Shown here piece after piece: positions 51,501-63,899 of a stretch of 64,000 nt of DNA. The stretch covers positions 35,714,001 through 35,778,000 of the forward strand of contig OZ249436.1 of the NCBI GenBank assembly GCA_965235115.1, written 5' to 3'. The number at the start of each line of letters is the position of its first letter. Position 1 is the first letter of the stretch. The notes under the pieces are model-generated. The model ran no database searches. It was not told where the DNA came from and saw nothing but the letters and a program-made list of their open reading frames with translations. The stretch comes from Laetmonice hystrix. Taxonomy: Eukaryota. The translations under genes were made by a program, and so were the position numbers.

Positions 51501-54500
51501 TGTTTTTATTGGGGCCTGGCTTGACCCAAGCCAAAGTCAATGAGTGGGCGATAATGAACTGACACCAGCGACTGCGCATGTCCGAGACTTTGGCTCCCTA
51601 TATGATTTTGGATCTTACACCTGAATAAGCAATACACTGATTGTTTGCGGTGGAGTTCAAGTGACATGACCATCTTTTAGTCAGCCTCCCTTGGTTTCAG
51701 CCTGAGCCAACAGCCTGGTGCACGGATGACATTCACACCCATTGTCCTTGTGCGACAGTTGGCTGAATCACAGGACAGTCGAATTGAAGGAGAGAAAAAA
51801 TGTAGATGATAGAAAACCATTGAGGAAATGGGACCCTACCTGTACTGCTTGACAATCAGAATTTTTAGTTCTAATTTCATACTAGTCCAAGACAACCAAT
51901 TACCTGTGTATGCGTCTTGCCGTAAGTGCTGCCTGCCAGATCTGTTGCACTTGATGACACTGTAATTATATATCGAGATTCATACATGTGAGAGTACATG
52001 CAATACAAAAACAATTTACGAGTAATAAGTTTTAATTACCAAAGTTTGTTCGATAACAAATAAAATGATAAAGAGTTTATCGAGAATTTTCTTCTCTTTT
52101 TCATAAGCCTTTATATCGTGCTATTTTCTGCTCACATCCCTGGCGGAGCAGGCAATTTGCCAGGCATGTTTTATTTTGTTCTGCTAGTTACCTGAGCCTG
52201 CCGATCCTTTGGACTGCGATTGTGATGCACCTCCATATTTGCTAAAATCCTGGGTCTGACTGCTCAGATCATCATAACCTAAACATGTAATAAGTAACGT
52301 ACCATATAAACTGTTATTAGATTGAACATACAAAATCTGACTGTCCCTTCAGAGTTTCTGAACAGGCAGGAACACATATTCTCTAGACGTCTTGCTGCAT
52401 TAATGGCTTGTCCTCAATACAGCCACAAAAGTGCATTGAGAGATACTGTTGTAATATTGCAGGTCGTTTTTATTCTTCTGCCCTTTCCTTGGTCAATTAT
52501 TTCAATACGAGTAGACGCCTATTCTTAAAAAGATCTGTGATGTTGATCGCAAGCTGTGAGACTACACACCTGTGTTGTAAGCATGAGATCCATATGCCCC
52601 TGGTTTCTGAAATTGCGCATTTGCCGTTGTGCCTCCATGCGCAGCATTTGTTACCGACGGCACCTGAGCAAACAAAAGGCAGACACACATAAAAAAATCA
52701 TTCATTTTTTCCCCCCACAAATAAGACAAAAGTTGCTCCTCCCAAACACTTCACAGAGCACGTTTAGTTCCGACTAAATTTATGGGGGGGAAAACCATGT
52801 AGGCCTCCATCTTGCAAAAATAAACTTTGTTTTCCAGGGTACCATAACAAATACGTAGGTTCAAGCAAATAATAATTTTTCTTAAAAGGACATAAAGTAA
52901 ATAGAAAGAAACAGCCAAGAACTGAGGGAACAAAAGGAGATGGAATCCTCCACGTGTCAACCAAAATGTAGAAGGGGGTTAAATAAGGAATTAGAAAGGA
53001 CCCATACTGGTCTGGTTACTTACGATGTTACCTACCGGGAACATGGTGGGAGTGTAAGAGTAGCCTCCTGGCACCATGCCACCAGGATAGTAGTTGTAAT
53101 AACCAGGTGGAATCGTTGGATTGATGTATGCCTGTTGGTGACCCGACTGATTCTGCCCTTGCTGTGAAGACTGCGCTTGGACGGGCGACTGGGCATCCAT
53201 ACGACCTAATTTTCCATCACCACCTGGACAGAGCAAGCGTCAACATGTCTTCCTATGTTAGTGACCATTTTCCTTTTAGACTTTATACTCTTTTTACTAA
53301 TGGCAAAGAGGGTTCTTTTCACCCTATTATAGACTCAATCTTTAATGGGGATGGCAAAAAGGCGATTCTACTCAGGCCTCTTTTTCTTCAAACATCCCAA
53401 ACCTCTATGTTGAAAGGAGTTTCAATGGCTATGACTGGCTTTACTTCTTTGGGCCCTGACTGCATCTAGATATGGTTAGGATTCTTGGTATAAATAAGCC
53501 CTGAACAGGGATGTGCCCATAAAAAATTGAGTTCCAGGCGGTAGTTTTGTGCTCGCACCGAAGCGCAAGGGTTTCAGTTGGCAAGAGGTGTGGGTAGGGG
53601 ACGGTATGGTTAGCGCCTTGGGATGAATGAACAAGAGACGGTATGAGAAGTTAATATGTACACACATTTATCAAATGATAAGCCTAATAAAAATTCCTGC
53701 TGGGCAGCACTTGAACCTTTTTGCTGGGCGGCTAAAATTGGTGCCAGGGGGGTTCGCCCGGCGCCCTGCCTGAATATACAAGGTGTATCAAAAAAGTATA
53801 CACTCAGAAAAATGAACAAGAAACGGACCTTATATTATTTTCAGCAAATCTGTCCATACATATTGGGAAACGATTTTTTGATACACCCTGTAGTTAGGAT
53901 ATAGAGATTTTCGAGTTTATAATAAAGATTTTCGCCACATTCTTGGACCATTTTACCTGTTCAGGCTCAGACCTAAAATAGTTACTATACAGTACAAGTA
54001 AATAGTTTTAAATTCCATTAAGTGTGCAATTTATTATTACCACTTCCTGTTATGACCCTGAAGAGAGTGAATAAACCGACCATAGAGGTACCATGTTATA
54101 ACTTAGCTTCGTTATGATATACATGTTGCATTATTATGAGTCAAGACACCAAATTTCATCAATATGTGGTAACAAATTAAGCAACCAATCACCTCCCCCC
54201 TTAACTATTTATCCTGAAACATCTAAAATTTTCACTATGAAAAAGATATTGCTTGAAACGTAAGTGGCAAACTAAAGCTGCTTAATATCAAAGATGCCCA
54301 AGAAAAGGTCCATATTTTAATATACAAGTTTTATTGATGGTGTGGTCACCATTTAGCCATTTTATATAATTTCCATCGCCATCTTTGGTGGTATAATTAC
54401 AGCGACTGAAACAAACCCCCATTTCTGGACTGCTTCGGCCTTGCTGGCAATGATTTTGGACTGATTTCATGCCGTACTTCCTATGATGAGGAACTGGGTG

Positions 54501-57500
54501 CTTCAAGATGTTTTGTTTTGGACCAGTGTTACTTTTACATGACATTCTATTGCGGCTTGTTTCATTACAATGCCACGTGTTGACAGTGAAGTGACCAAAG
54601 TGTCACAGATCAAGCTTGTAGCATGCTGGCTAGCAACATGGCAGGCAGAAGTACATATATGTCTGGTGTGCAGTAAATAGGCATTTTATTTTCCATAATT
54701 TGTTTTGTGTAGTTTAGTTGTGTAGAAATGTGGTTCGTAACTACTGTTGCACTAAGTGTTTTGTGTTCGGGATAAGGAGCATCATGAGTTGTTGCCCGTA
54801 CAGTTTCGGGGATTTCCTGAAGACAGCACATTAGAAATGTACTGCGGCTCTGGAATTTTCATGGAACTTAATTCACTCCATGAACGCCTATTCGGACTTA
54901 TAAGACCCCAAGAAAGGCTGTGTATCATTGAAGGGACCAGATATGTGCACTGCTGATTAAGAATTACGGTAAACACACCAGTCTAAGGTTATTTTTCATT
55001 TTTTGTTTTTCTTTTTGGGAAAATCTGAAAACCCTGCCCATCTCTGATGTAGAATTAAAGCCTGGATTCTGCAAAATTTCACAAAACCTTGGATGCCTTA
55101 GTGCAAGCAGCAGACAGGTAAAATAATGACAGGGAATATTCCTCTCAAATGTTAAACTCCCATCTTGAAACAGCCCCTCTTACAATTCATGACAAAGGCA
55201 CACAGGAAAGTAAATGTAAAGCCTAGCTGACATCGACCATTCCTTCATTCGATCTTTCCCTCTCTCTTGCATACTTCCTTTTCTTTTAATTCTAATTCAT
55301 CAGGAAAAAGATTGAAGAAAAGCAGGGCAAATTGGTAGCATCTTAAAATGAATCCAACTTTGTTTGACATATATCTTTTAAAAACCAATTATTTAGAGAC
55401 CACATGTATGCCGAACATGCCATGCCAATAGCATTAAAGAAAAAAAATTAGAAAAAAAACATTACCGGGGCTATATAATGGATGCGCTTTCTGAGAGTAC
55501 TGACACTGACCTGTGTAAGGAACACTGGCGAGGGTGCCCTGGTCACGTCCAGTAAGTGTAGTTGGAGGCTGGAATTGCATGTCATAGTAACCAGGCTGTA
55601 ACAAAACGATGCATGCAAAGGTTGAGTGCGCCCGCCTATGGACACCAGCCTGATCAGTGGTAGGGCCGTGTGCACTGGTACACACGTGCCGTCTCACCAC
55701 GCTTCTCCTCCTCCATTCACCAACAGTTTCACACCTTCAGGCCACATCCACACTGCTGGCCAAAACAATGCCTAACTTCAGGCCTAACCAACCAGACAAT
55801 GTTTCCTGTCCTGTCTAAGGATCAATTTTGAATTTATTCCTATCATATTGGGTAATTTGTAAGCCATCCAATTTGAAAAGTCACAAATGAATTTTCCTTA
55901 AATTTCTTTCGTCTTTCTTCTTTCGTTATTTTTTTGGTATTTAATTTGTACCGTTTCAACAGAGTAATTTCTTCAGAACTGCCTTGAGAATACTGCCATT
56001 TGGTGCAATTAAAATAAAAGTTATACTTCTACCAACTAAAAGATACATACATGTTACAAAACTATCTCATAACAAAAGTTGCAAGAAAGACATCTGATGT
56101 AAAGTAAAACAAGTACTTTTCTGAATACATATTACATGCAGAGTTCGGGTACGGTACTCTTAAAACACGTGACAAATGACAGAGAAATAAGTAATAAAAA
56201 GCCAGTCTCATTTACAAGAGAATGATTCACACAATCATAAATACGACACATTATCAACTGAAACATACAACCAAAAAGCAAGTGAAAATACTGATGATTA
56301 CTCTTTTCAAATTTTAAACAGAAGTGATTCAAAAGATTAAACATTAGCAAAAGTTTCCTCTTTGACCATTTCCTCTTTTATCATCAGGATTTTCAATTGA
56401 TGTGCAAGAATAAAATGATAGGCAAACATTTTCTCATGGCATCTTCTCATTTTATGGCATCAATAAGCATCAATATGGTGTGGATGAGTTTCTGTTGTTC
56501 TTACAGGAGTTTATATTGTAAGGTGTCCACAAGCACTGGATGCCTCCCTCTCTACACTACGACACATGAACTACTTTCTACCACATACTTCCATCAAGGC
56601 TCCTGCCACTCCTTAATTCCTTGAGGAAACATCGTCACCTCGACAACCTTTCCTTCCTGTGTTCTCATTTTACCTAAGGTTGCTCATGGTTATATTGCAC
56701 TCCCACTGCTCAAACAATCCAGAAGCTTCCCACCCTGCTGCCACCTCACGGCGACCACTATATGTTTCAGACATGTGCCCTACCAATGGCCAATATTTGA
56801 TCACTAAACTCTATCAGACTCCTGTGTCATTTCAAGAAACCACCTAGGTCTCTCCGCAATTTGTCAGCACTACTTAATAAACCATACGGACGAGAATACT
56901 AACGGGAATGACGACAGAGCGGAAGGCTTGATTGAGATGACTCTTCAGTGACACACTGCATATACATGTAGTTACCATTATCTTCCCCGTTTATATATTG
57001 CTTGTTAATTACTCACCAGGGGGAGCCTCTGCTGCAGCAGTTGCAAGTCTTCATAACTATACATGGCAGGTTGCTGAGCCAATCCCTGCAAAAAGCATTG
57101 GCTACAATCATTTCCAACTCCAGCCTTTACAATATGAATGATAAAGAGTTCACTCATTTACTTACATTGCACTTGGCATTATTCCTGATTAAAGAAGTTG
57201 TGATGGTATCTTAAGTGTTCAATAGACATATTCATGCCATCTAATAATTAAAACAAAGCTTACGAAGGCTGCAAACGGCATTCCTGGTTGCATCATGTAG
57301 TTGTGTCCAATCAATGGTGGTACACCTGGTGGCAAGTTTGGTGGTGCCTTACCTGAAATTGCAAGCTCTTGGTTACTCTTCATTGCTACATACATTAAAG
57401 TAATGTAAGAAGACACAGAATGAAATGGTTGACTATTAGATATGTGGTCTTGGTGCTGTAATGGCTGTTTAATTTAAACAGCCATTACAGCACCAAGACC

Positions 57501-60500
57501 ACATATCTAATAGTCAACCATTTCATTCTGTGTCTTCTCCTCGTCCTTAAAAAGCAGCCAATCAAGACAGACTTTGTGTGTCGCAGCAAATTTGAATGTC
57601 TCTACAGCACTCATCAATCCTGCAGGCCAGTTTACTTTAGCCCATATACACTTGCCATGATGGTCTGAGCATGAGACTGTAATTTGATCTCAGAAAGATT
57701 TCTCAGAGGAAATGATCAAGAGCTACAGGTAAACCATCTGGCCCAAATGCATATTGCAAATTTAAATAGCAGGCAACCTGGCAAGATTCCCAATCAAAAC
57801 CTGTGCCTGTTGACATAAATTTCCCTGTCTTTCAGGGCGAGACCGACACAAGACCATTTTCTCCAAACCTGTTACCTGGTTATACCTGAAACACCCCCAT
57901 CAAAAAACTACTTACTTGTTATGGGAAGATTAGATTTTGCAGACGACGCTACAGTTGTGGGAACAGTCATGTTGGTTGTTGTAGCTAGCACAAGTCCAGA
58001 AGATGCAGCCACGTTGCTGCCGCCAAGTGAACTGGACGGGGTGGTTGTGCTTGTTGTCATACTAGGTGAACTTGTTGACGTACTTGAATGGTCGTATGAA
58101 TGCTGCAAGGCAATAGGGTACTGGAAAACCTCGAGAAAAGTCGAGAAACCACACTCAACAGTATGTATCAGCTGAAATCTAGCTGCACACTACATAGTTT
58201 TTGCTGATCATGACGACAAGTCTGCTGCCTACCTGAGAAGAAGACTGATGGCTGTCCAGTGGCGATTCCTTTACTGACATTTTGCCAAGACTGTCACTCA
58301 ACTTGTTGGCTGAAATGGACGAACTCTGCAAGCTGTTCTGATGGCTAGAAGAACCATAAGACTGATGAGAGCCATACCCTGACTGGCTCTGCTGGTTGTC
58401 CCTTTGATAAGATGAGCTACCAGATTGGCTGCCTGAAGTTTGATAGGGAGACGCCGATTGGCTAGCACTTGGTTGGTAAGAAGAGCTACTAGATTGGCTG
58501 TCCCGAGAATGGTAAGAAGCCGACTGGCTAGGGTACGAAGATCCCGTTTGGTTCTGGTATCCAGAACTGTTCTGACTCTGGTAAGAAGATGCAGTTTGAT
58601 TATTGTACGAGGGTTGAGACGAGCTCTGATACAGTGAGCTCTGGCCTTGGTTGGAAAAGGCGTTCTGGCTTTGGAATGATGAAGCAGATTGATAACTCGA
58701 ATGGCCTTGATGGCCATACTGGTTGCCAGAGCCGGACATGTGTGTCTGCAGACCAGATTGGACAGATGCAAGGTTTGCACTGCCAGAGAGGCTGTTGGAG
58801 CCGTGTGAATAGCCACTTGGTGGAGACTTGGCATTTGACTGGTAGCTTGGCGACTGGTAGTTGGATGAGTAGCTCGACTGGTTGAAAGTCATCGATGGTG
58901 AGGTTGCCTGCTTCCCTTGGCTACTCATTGAACCTTGATTGAAACCAAAAAATGGCACTGATTAATGAATACAAACTTCTTTTTCCTTGTCCGATAGTAC
59001 TGACTACTGGCCCAAAGTTAAATAGTGTCAAACCTAGTTACGATAAGAAAGAATCTTTTGGCATACCTCTGCTTTAAAATACCACACATAATTTCTCAAA
59101 AATTATGTTAAGAAACGAAGAAGAAGCTGGAAAGGACAGACAAAAGACCATCCCCTGACCGACCTGAGTGCCCAGACCTCTGGGTAGAGTAATGTGGACT
59201 TGTCTTTCTGTCTGTTGGGAATGGGATTGGTTCTGGTGGCGACACCTGTAAAATAAAGGACAAACTTTGTAAACTGCCTTACTACAATGTGCTCCTTCTG
59301 CAAGACAGTGCTTAACAAGGCAACACTAGGAAATGCCACAGAATATAATAGCAAATATTATATTACCGTATTACCAAGAAAAGCATGTACATGCCACTGG
59401 ACAAGTGTCGAACATTACACATGGGATGCAATAGGATTGACCCTGTCCCAATGCAAGTCAGCTTAACAAAATTCGTTGAATTTTCAGGACCATTATGATT
59501 TGTTTCTATAACCATGTTTAAGGCTCCTGTCAGATTTTCCTAGTCTTGGAGGACGATGACAAAACGGCACCCTGACAGTGTATCAGTCTCCCAAGATTTA
59601 ACCTTTCGTCACATTCCTGGACATTTCCAAGACTTGTGCAAGTATTTATAAAATTTCCACTTTTCTGGGCCAGCGGGACCCAATATTATATTACTGTTTT
59701 TTTTTTTCAATTTCACGGACCTTCGGAGGACTGATATAAGAAACGCCGAACTCAAGCAGTCTCTAAGTTTGAAACATGTTCGGGAAATACATGGAAAATT
59801 TTGGAAGGCCTGTAGGGGGTATAATAATATACATAAGTGTAGGCATATGGAATTTTTGGAGAAGAATGATTTGGTACTTCTGAATTGATCACGGGTCACT
59901 CCATACAGCCAGCAGGTGCCCACTACGGCAGGTTATAGGTTGGCACTGCTCTAACACTGTGTCCCACAGGCTGGCTTGCACGGAGTCAGGTGCCCGTGTG
60001 GGTAAAGTTTGATGATGTTGGGTTGATCATAGCCAGTCATAAAAGAATCTTAAGTCGGAAATTTATTTCACGAGTTTAGGTAGAAGTAATTCGGCTGGGC
60101 ATGTTGAGTTGGGATGATAGTAGGGCATTGATCAAGGGGATTCTCCAGCAGTAGTAGTTACTGACATCATTTCGTAACGCCATGGTCGGCATTTTGAAAT
60201 GCTTGGTTCAACTGCTCGATAGTATGGATTACTTGTCAGGACACATTTTATTCTAATTGTTTTCAATTCCTGCTAGTTTGGAAGTACTTTACCAAATGGC
60301 AGCTATAGATGAAAAGTATGTCTTTTATTTAGGGATATTTACATGTGGGGTAGGTTTAAGGCAATTCCAACATCAAAAACTAGTAAAAGAAAAAATGCAG
60401 AATATTCAAACATGAAATACTGAGCTAATCAATTTATGTGAATGAAAGTTTTACAAACTCTGAAAGGGCCAGAAAAGTAACCATCCTCTTCGAAGGGTGT

Positions 60501-63500
60501 CCATCTTTTGGTCAGATGACACTCATTCCCCCATAATCTGGCAGTTTTTTTTTATCAGATACTGAAGAGAATTTGCTACAAAATACAAATTTATACCTAT
60601 CCATGTGTCAGAAATGATTATGTAAATAATTACTGTAATAGTGGGAAAATATATATAGTGAATACAAATTACCCTCTACATAAATGTCGGTTCTAGGTTT
60701 GGATACAGATGACTGAATTGCAACTCGAATCTAACCCACGTTTCATGCTTGAGTTCTCTGTAGGAATGTCTCTGGCTCCTACACATTATGGTGTACCTTT
60801 TCAAAGGTATTCACTGACACAGTACCGTACACAGTATTTGAGAATACATTATGGCATGATTTTTTTCCCCAGAAACCTCTGAATTATCAAATTTTACAAA
60901 CTGTGGAGCATAACAAAGTTTTCAGTCAGGCCCAGTACATACCTTTCTGCTTTGTTCAAGCCGACTCTGGCTGTAGTCTTTGTTCGGTGTTGTCGCAGGT
61001 GAAGAAGAATTTTGGAACACATCTGACCTTGGCGAACGGTCAGCATTCGGCGTCATGTTTTCAAGGTTTGCCATGCTTGGCTTGCTTGAAGACACACTCG
61101 ACATGCTGCAGGAGGACATCACTGATGACATGGATGTGGAAGTTGTTTCGGTTGTGTTTTTGGTCACTTGTGTTAAGTGATTGCTTGGTGGAGATGTGGT
61201 TGTAGTTGTACTGAAATAACAAAAAAGGGAAATTAAGTTATTAACCTCAGTTGAAAGGCATGGGTTCATTGGAAAAATCTATCCAATAAGAGATTAGATT
61301 TGCCCTCCTCTTAAAAGGAGATCTGGGACCAGTTTTACTAAAGGTCAAAAATAACGACGTTGATAATTTAACATAGAAGTGAATGGTTGCTAGGTCATTA
61401 TTTTTGACCTAGTAACCCAGTCACTTCTATGCTAAATTATCGACGTCGTTATTTTCGACTCTTTAGTAAAACGGGCCCCTGAGATGCCACAGGTAAGGTG
61501 CAATTTGCAATATTTATGTTTCAAGTCAACAAAAGAGAGGGGATCTGCAGCAAACTTTGATGTTGGATATTCAAATTTTAGATTCTGACTTGCTTACTAT
61601 AAATCAGGTATTTTTCGCATTTTTTAATTTCGCGATTTTCGCGTTTAAAAAAAACCCGCGAAATTAAGAAATGCCAAATAAACACTTGGAAGGAAGCATT
61701 TCCAGTAATATCCGCTTACAAAACAAAACAACACTTCATTACCTTCTTTAACTTGGCAGTTGCTTACTAGCTCTTCTTGTATTTGCGTGGTGGGGAATTA
61801 AAACTGTTGAATTTAATATCTTTACTTTTAGATGGGGATGCCATTGCCTAAACACGAATTTAAGAAATGCCAAACCAGCCCAAAATGAAAAAACGCGAAA
61901 TTTTAATCACGCCAAATTAAAGTGATTTACAGCATTGTAATCTGATACAAGTGTTACCCTACCTTACAGTGGTGCATCCAAAACTTGACGTCACATCATT
62001 GGCTGTTGAACCAAATGAAAAGCCTGATGTTTCACTGGGTGGGAAGTCCCAGTTACCAAACTGCACATCAAGCTGGAATGAACTGATGTGGCCAGGCATT
62101 TCGACTGCTGATGCTGGAATCTAAATAGCACATCCTAATTAGTTTATAGCAATGTCTAGGATTATTGTTCTTTTACAACAAGAGGTACAGGTACCTCACA
62201 CAGAAGACCTGCCAACAACCAGTACTGTGTCAATTTTAAATACTGTGATAGTGTTTCATTTACAAATTGAATAGAATGGAACCCTGCTCTGCCCTAAATC
62301 AATGGGTCCCGGACCAAAGTCAATGGGTCCCCAAAAAATATTAGTGCCCCCTCCAAAGAAAAAATATGCATCTGATTTGAACTTAGATGCATCCTATTTT
62401 ATGAGAACAAGGGATACAGGATTCAACAGGTAAAATAATCACTACTGACACTGTGATACACATGTAGATAAATCTAAAAGCACACTGCCCTATACAAAGA
62501 TACACATCAAAAATTCAAGTCGATTCTACAAATTTAAAGGATATGTTGTAGCAGACCATATGAACATCTGGCAAGGTCACATATGCTTTGTTTCAAAGGT
62601 AACATAAGAACACCTTTAGAAAGGGGTTTCAAATATATAATTATCTCACAATAGACACGATTACTGACTTCTGTAATCATCTTTCATTCACCTTTAATAA
62701 ACATATACAGGCTTTCCTTCAGGCCTGTTTTGGTTGTTTTTTTGTTTTTGTTTTTTTTTGGGGGGGGGTTCACCCCAATAAGCAGTTACTCCCCTCAAAA
62801 CTTTTCTGGCTTTATTTATTTATTTTCAAAAAAGCCCTCTCTGACATCCAGAAGGTAAACACTTTCTCTATAGTAAATGACAAATACTTCAGACACATGT
62901 ACCAATTTAAGGGGTCCGGAGTGGCGCAGTGGTTAGAATGCAGAATCTTTGATCCAAAGATTTTTAGTTCCAGTCATGGCCTCGCTGGACTTTACGCATA
63001 GCAGTGCTGCCGACTGCTTTACCAAAGGCCGGCCCTGTCGCAATACATCTATGTGGAGGGGCAAGTTAAAGATCCCTTGGAATCTATCAAAAATCACACG
63101 ATGGATTTCACCGACTGAGTTAGTCACTTTGTTCTCGCCCTGATATAGCTGAAATACTGTTGACTGGACGTTAACACCAACTACTCACTCACTTCACACA
63201 TTATAATAATCATAATCATACCTTTGAAGGGGGTGGAAGTTTCGAACGTTGCGGCTTTGGTCTCTGCGACAATGCCTGCTGTTGTGGGTGCTGTTGCTGT
63301 TGTGGCTGCTGTTGTGCAACTTGTTGAGCTGTTGGCTGCTGCTGTGGCTGAGGTGGTGGCTGCATCTGCTGCTGTGTCTGTTGAGGCTGGGCCTGCGATG
63401 TCACTGCCTGCCTCACTTGCTGGTTCACCACGGACGAAGATTGATGTGACGAAGTTGGCGTTCCAATCTATGTGAAAGAATGCCAGAGAACTACATTAAA

Positions 63501-63899
63501 AACCACACTTTGTTTTTTTATTCAACCTTGCAGGAGAGATTCAGAAACCTATTACCTAACCAAGACTTGCGAAAGTACTGCACTGTTTCAGACATATATG
63601 GACACATTTGAAAACTAGCACAAAAACACCATCAAGACACACATCCACCTCCAATGCACAACCTTCTTCAGCCCTTTCCCCACAGTACAGCTTATTGGCC
63701 ATATAATGGAGTTAAAAACTTGTCCCGTACAAGATTAGTAAATCAACAAAAGAATGGCGGGGGGCCATGGGCTAGTGGGCATTAGGCAGCAGTTGGGGAG
63801 TAACACCCCACTTACCCCCATTGCACTCTTGATGGATTCAGTCGCCTCTTGGGAGTACTGGTTCATATACTGTGACTGTTGCGGACTTTGTGAGTTCAC
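48543..63899 (-). CDS. UBAP2L: UBAP2/UBAP2L (lingerer) homolog, last 16 coding exons; 5' part lies right of the window
   Basis: In-frame GT-AG exons: 63899-63816, 63467-63222, 62120-61963, 61210-60943, 59245-59164, 58933-58233, 58120(or 58102)-57916, 57352-57264, 57085-57017, 55595-55511, 53223-53036, 52663-52570, 52278-52192, 51959-51904, 49123-48950, 48644-48543. Hallmarks: PPPSK|IPASAVEMPG...LDVQFG (DUF3697 motifs), KAPPNLPPGVPPL, YSYEDLQLLQQRLP, YYDM, PPGYYNYY, FDKTGFHAGTPPPFN, C-terminal YWGTN*. Confidence 0.93.
49861..50370. mobile_element. MITE with a nested CATGG-terminal MITE (49943-50257)
   Basis: Outer TIR aattcatggtaactt / aagttaccatgaatt with (a)ttctt on both flanks; inner TIR catggttcccacg / cgtgggaaccatg. 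Confidence 0.75.
50797..51598. mobile_element. MITE with TA|GGGAG...CTCCC|TA termini
   Basis: TIR gggagccaaagt / actttggctccc; flanked by a 28-bp direct repeat. Confidence 0.8.
53780..53890. mobile_element. Very short Tc1/mariner-type MITE
   Basis: TA|caaggtgtatcaaaaa ... tttttgatacaccctg|TA. Confidence 0.65.
57408..57538. repeat. Perfect palindrome, 65-bp arms, 1-nt centre
   Basis: agaagacacagaatg...ggctgtttaa-t-ttaaacagcc...cattctgtgtcttct, centre 57473. Confidence 0.95.
61326..61479. mobile_element. Foldback MITE (Harbinger-like GGG.CC termini)
   Basis: gggaccagttttactaaag...aataacgacgt.gataattta.catagaagtga...ctaggtca vs imperfect reverse complement ending taaaacgggcccc. Confidence 0.7.
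61597..61932. mobile_element. Probable pogo/Tc1-like MITE
   Basis: TA|ctataaatca ... tgatttacag ends; internal ttcgcg/cgcgaa motifs. Confidence 0.5.
62911..63193 (+). mobile_element. tRNA-derived SINE (intronic, antisense to UBAP2L)
   Basis: A-box gtggcgcagtggttaga, degenerate B-box region agttccagtc, 3' tail gatatagctgaaatactgttg...gacgttaa...caactactcactcac ending in (actc)n. Confidence 0.75.

Noticed and set aside
58298..58885. Overlapping ORFs in other frames or on the plus strand
   Set aside because: Shadow frames of the S/Q-rich UBAP2L exon
59950..59990. Twister ribozyme (TAACACTG..GTCCCA..GGAG)
   Set aside because: P4 stem and pseudoknot pairings cannot be formed
62911..62990. Functional tRNA gene
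   Set aside because: B box degenerate, no cloverleaf 3' acceptor stem, followed by SINE body and tail
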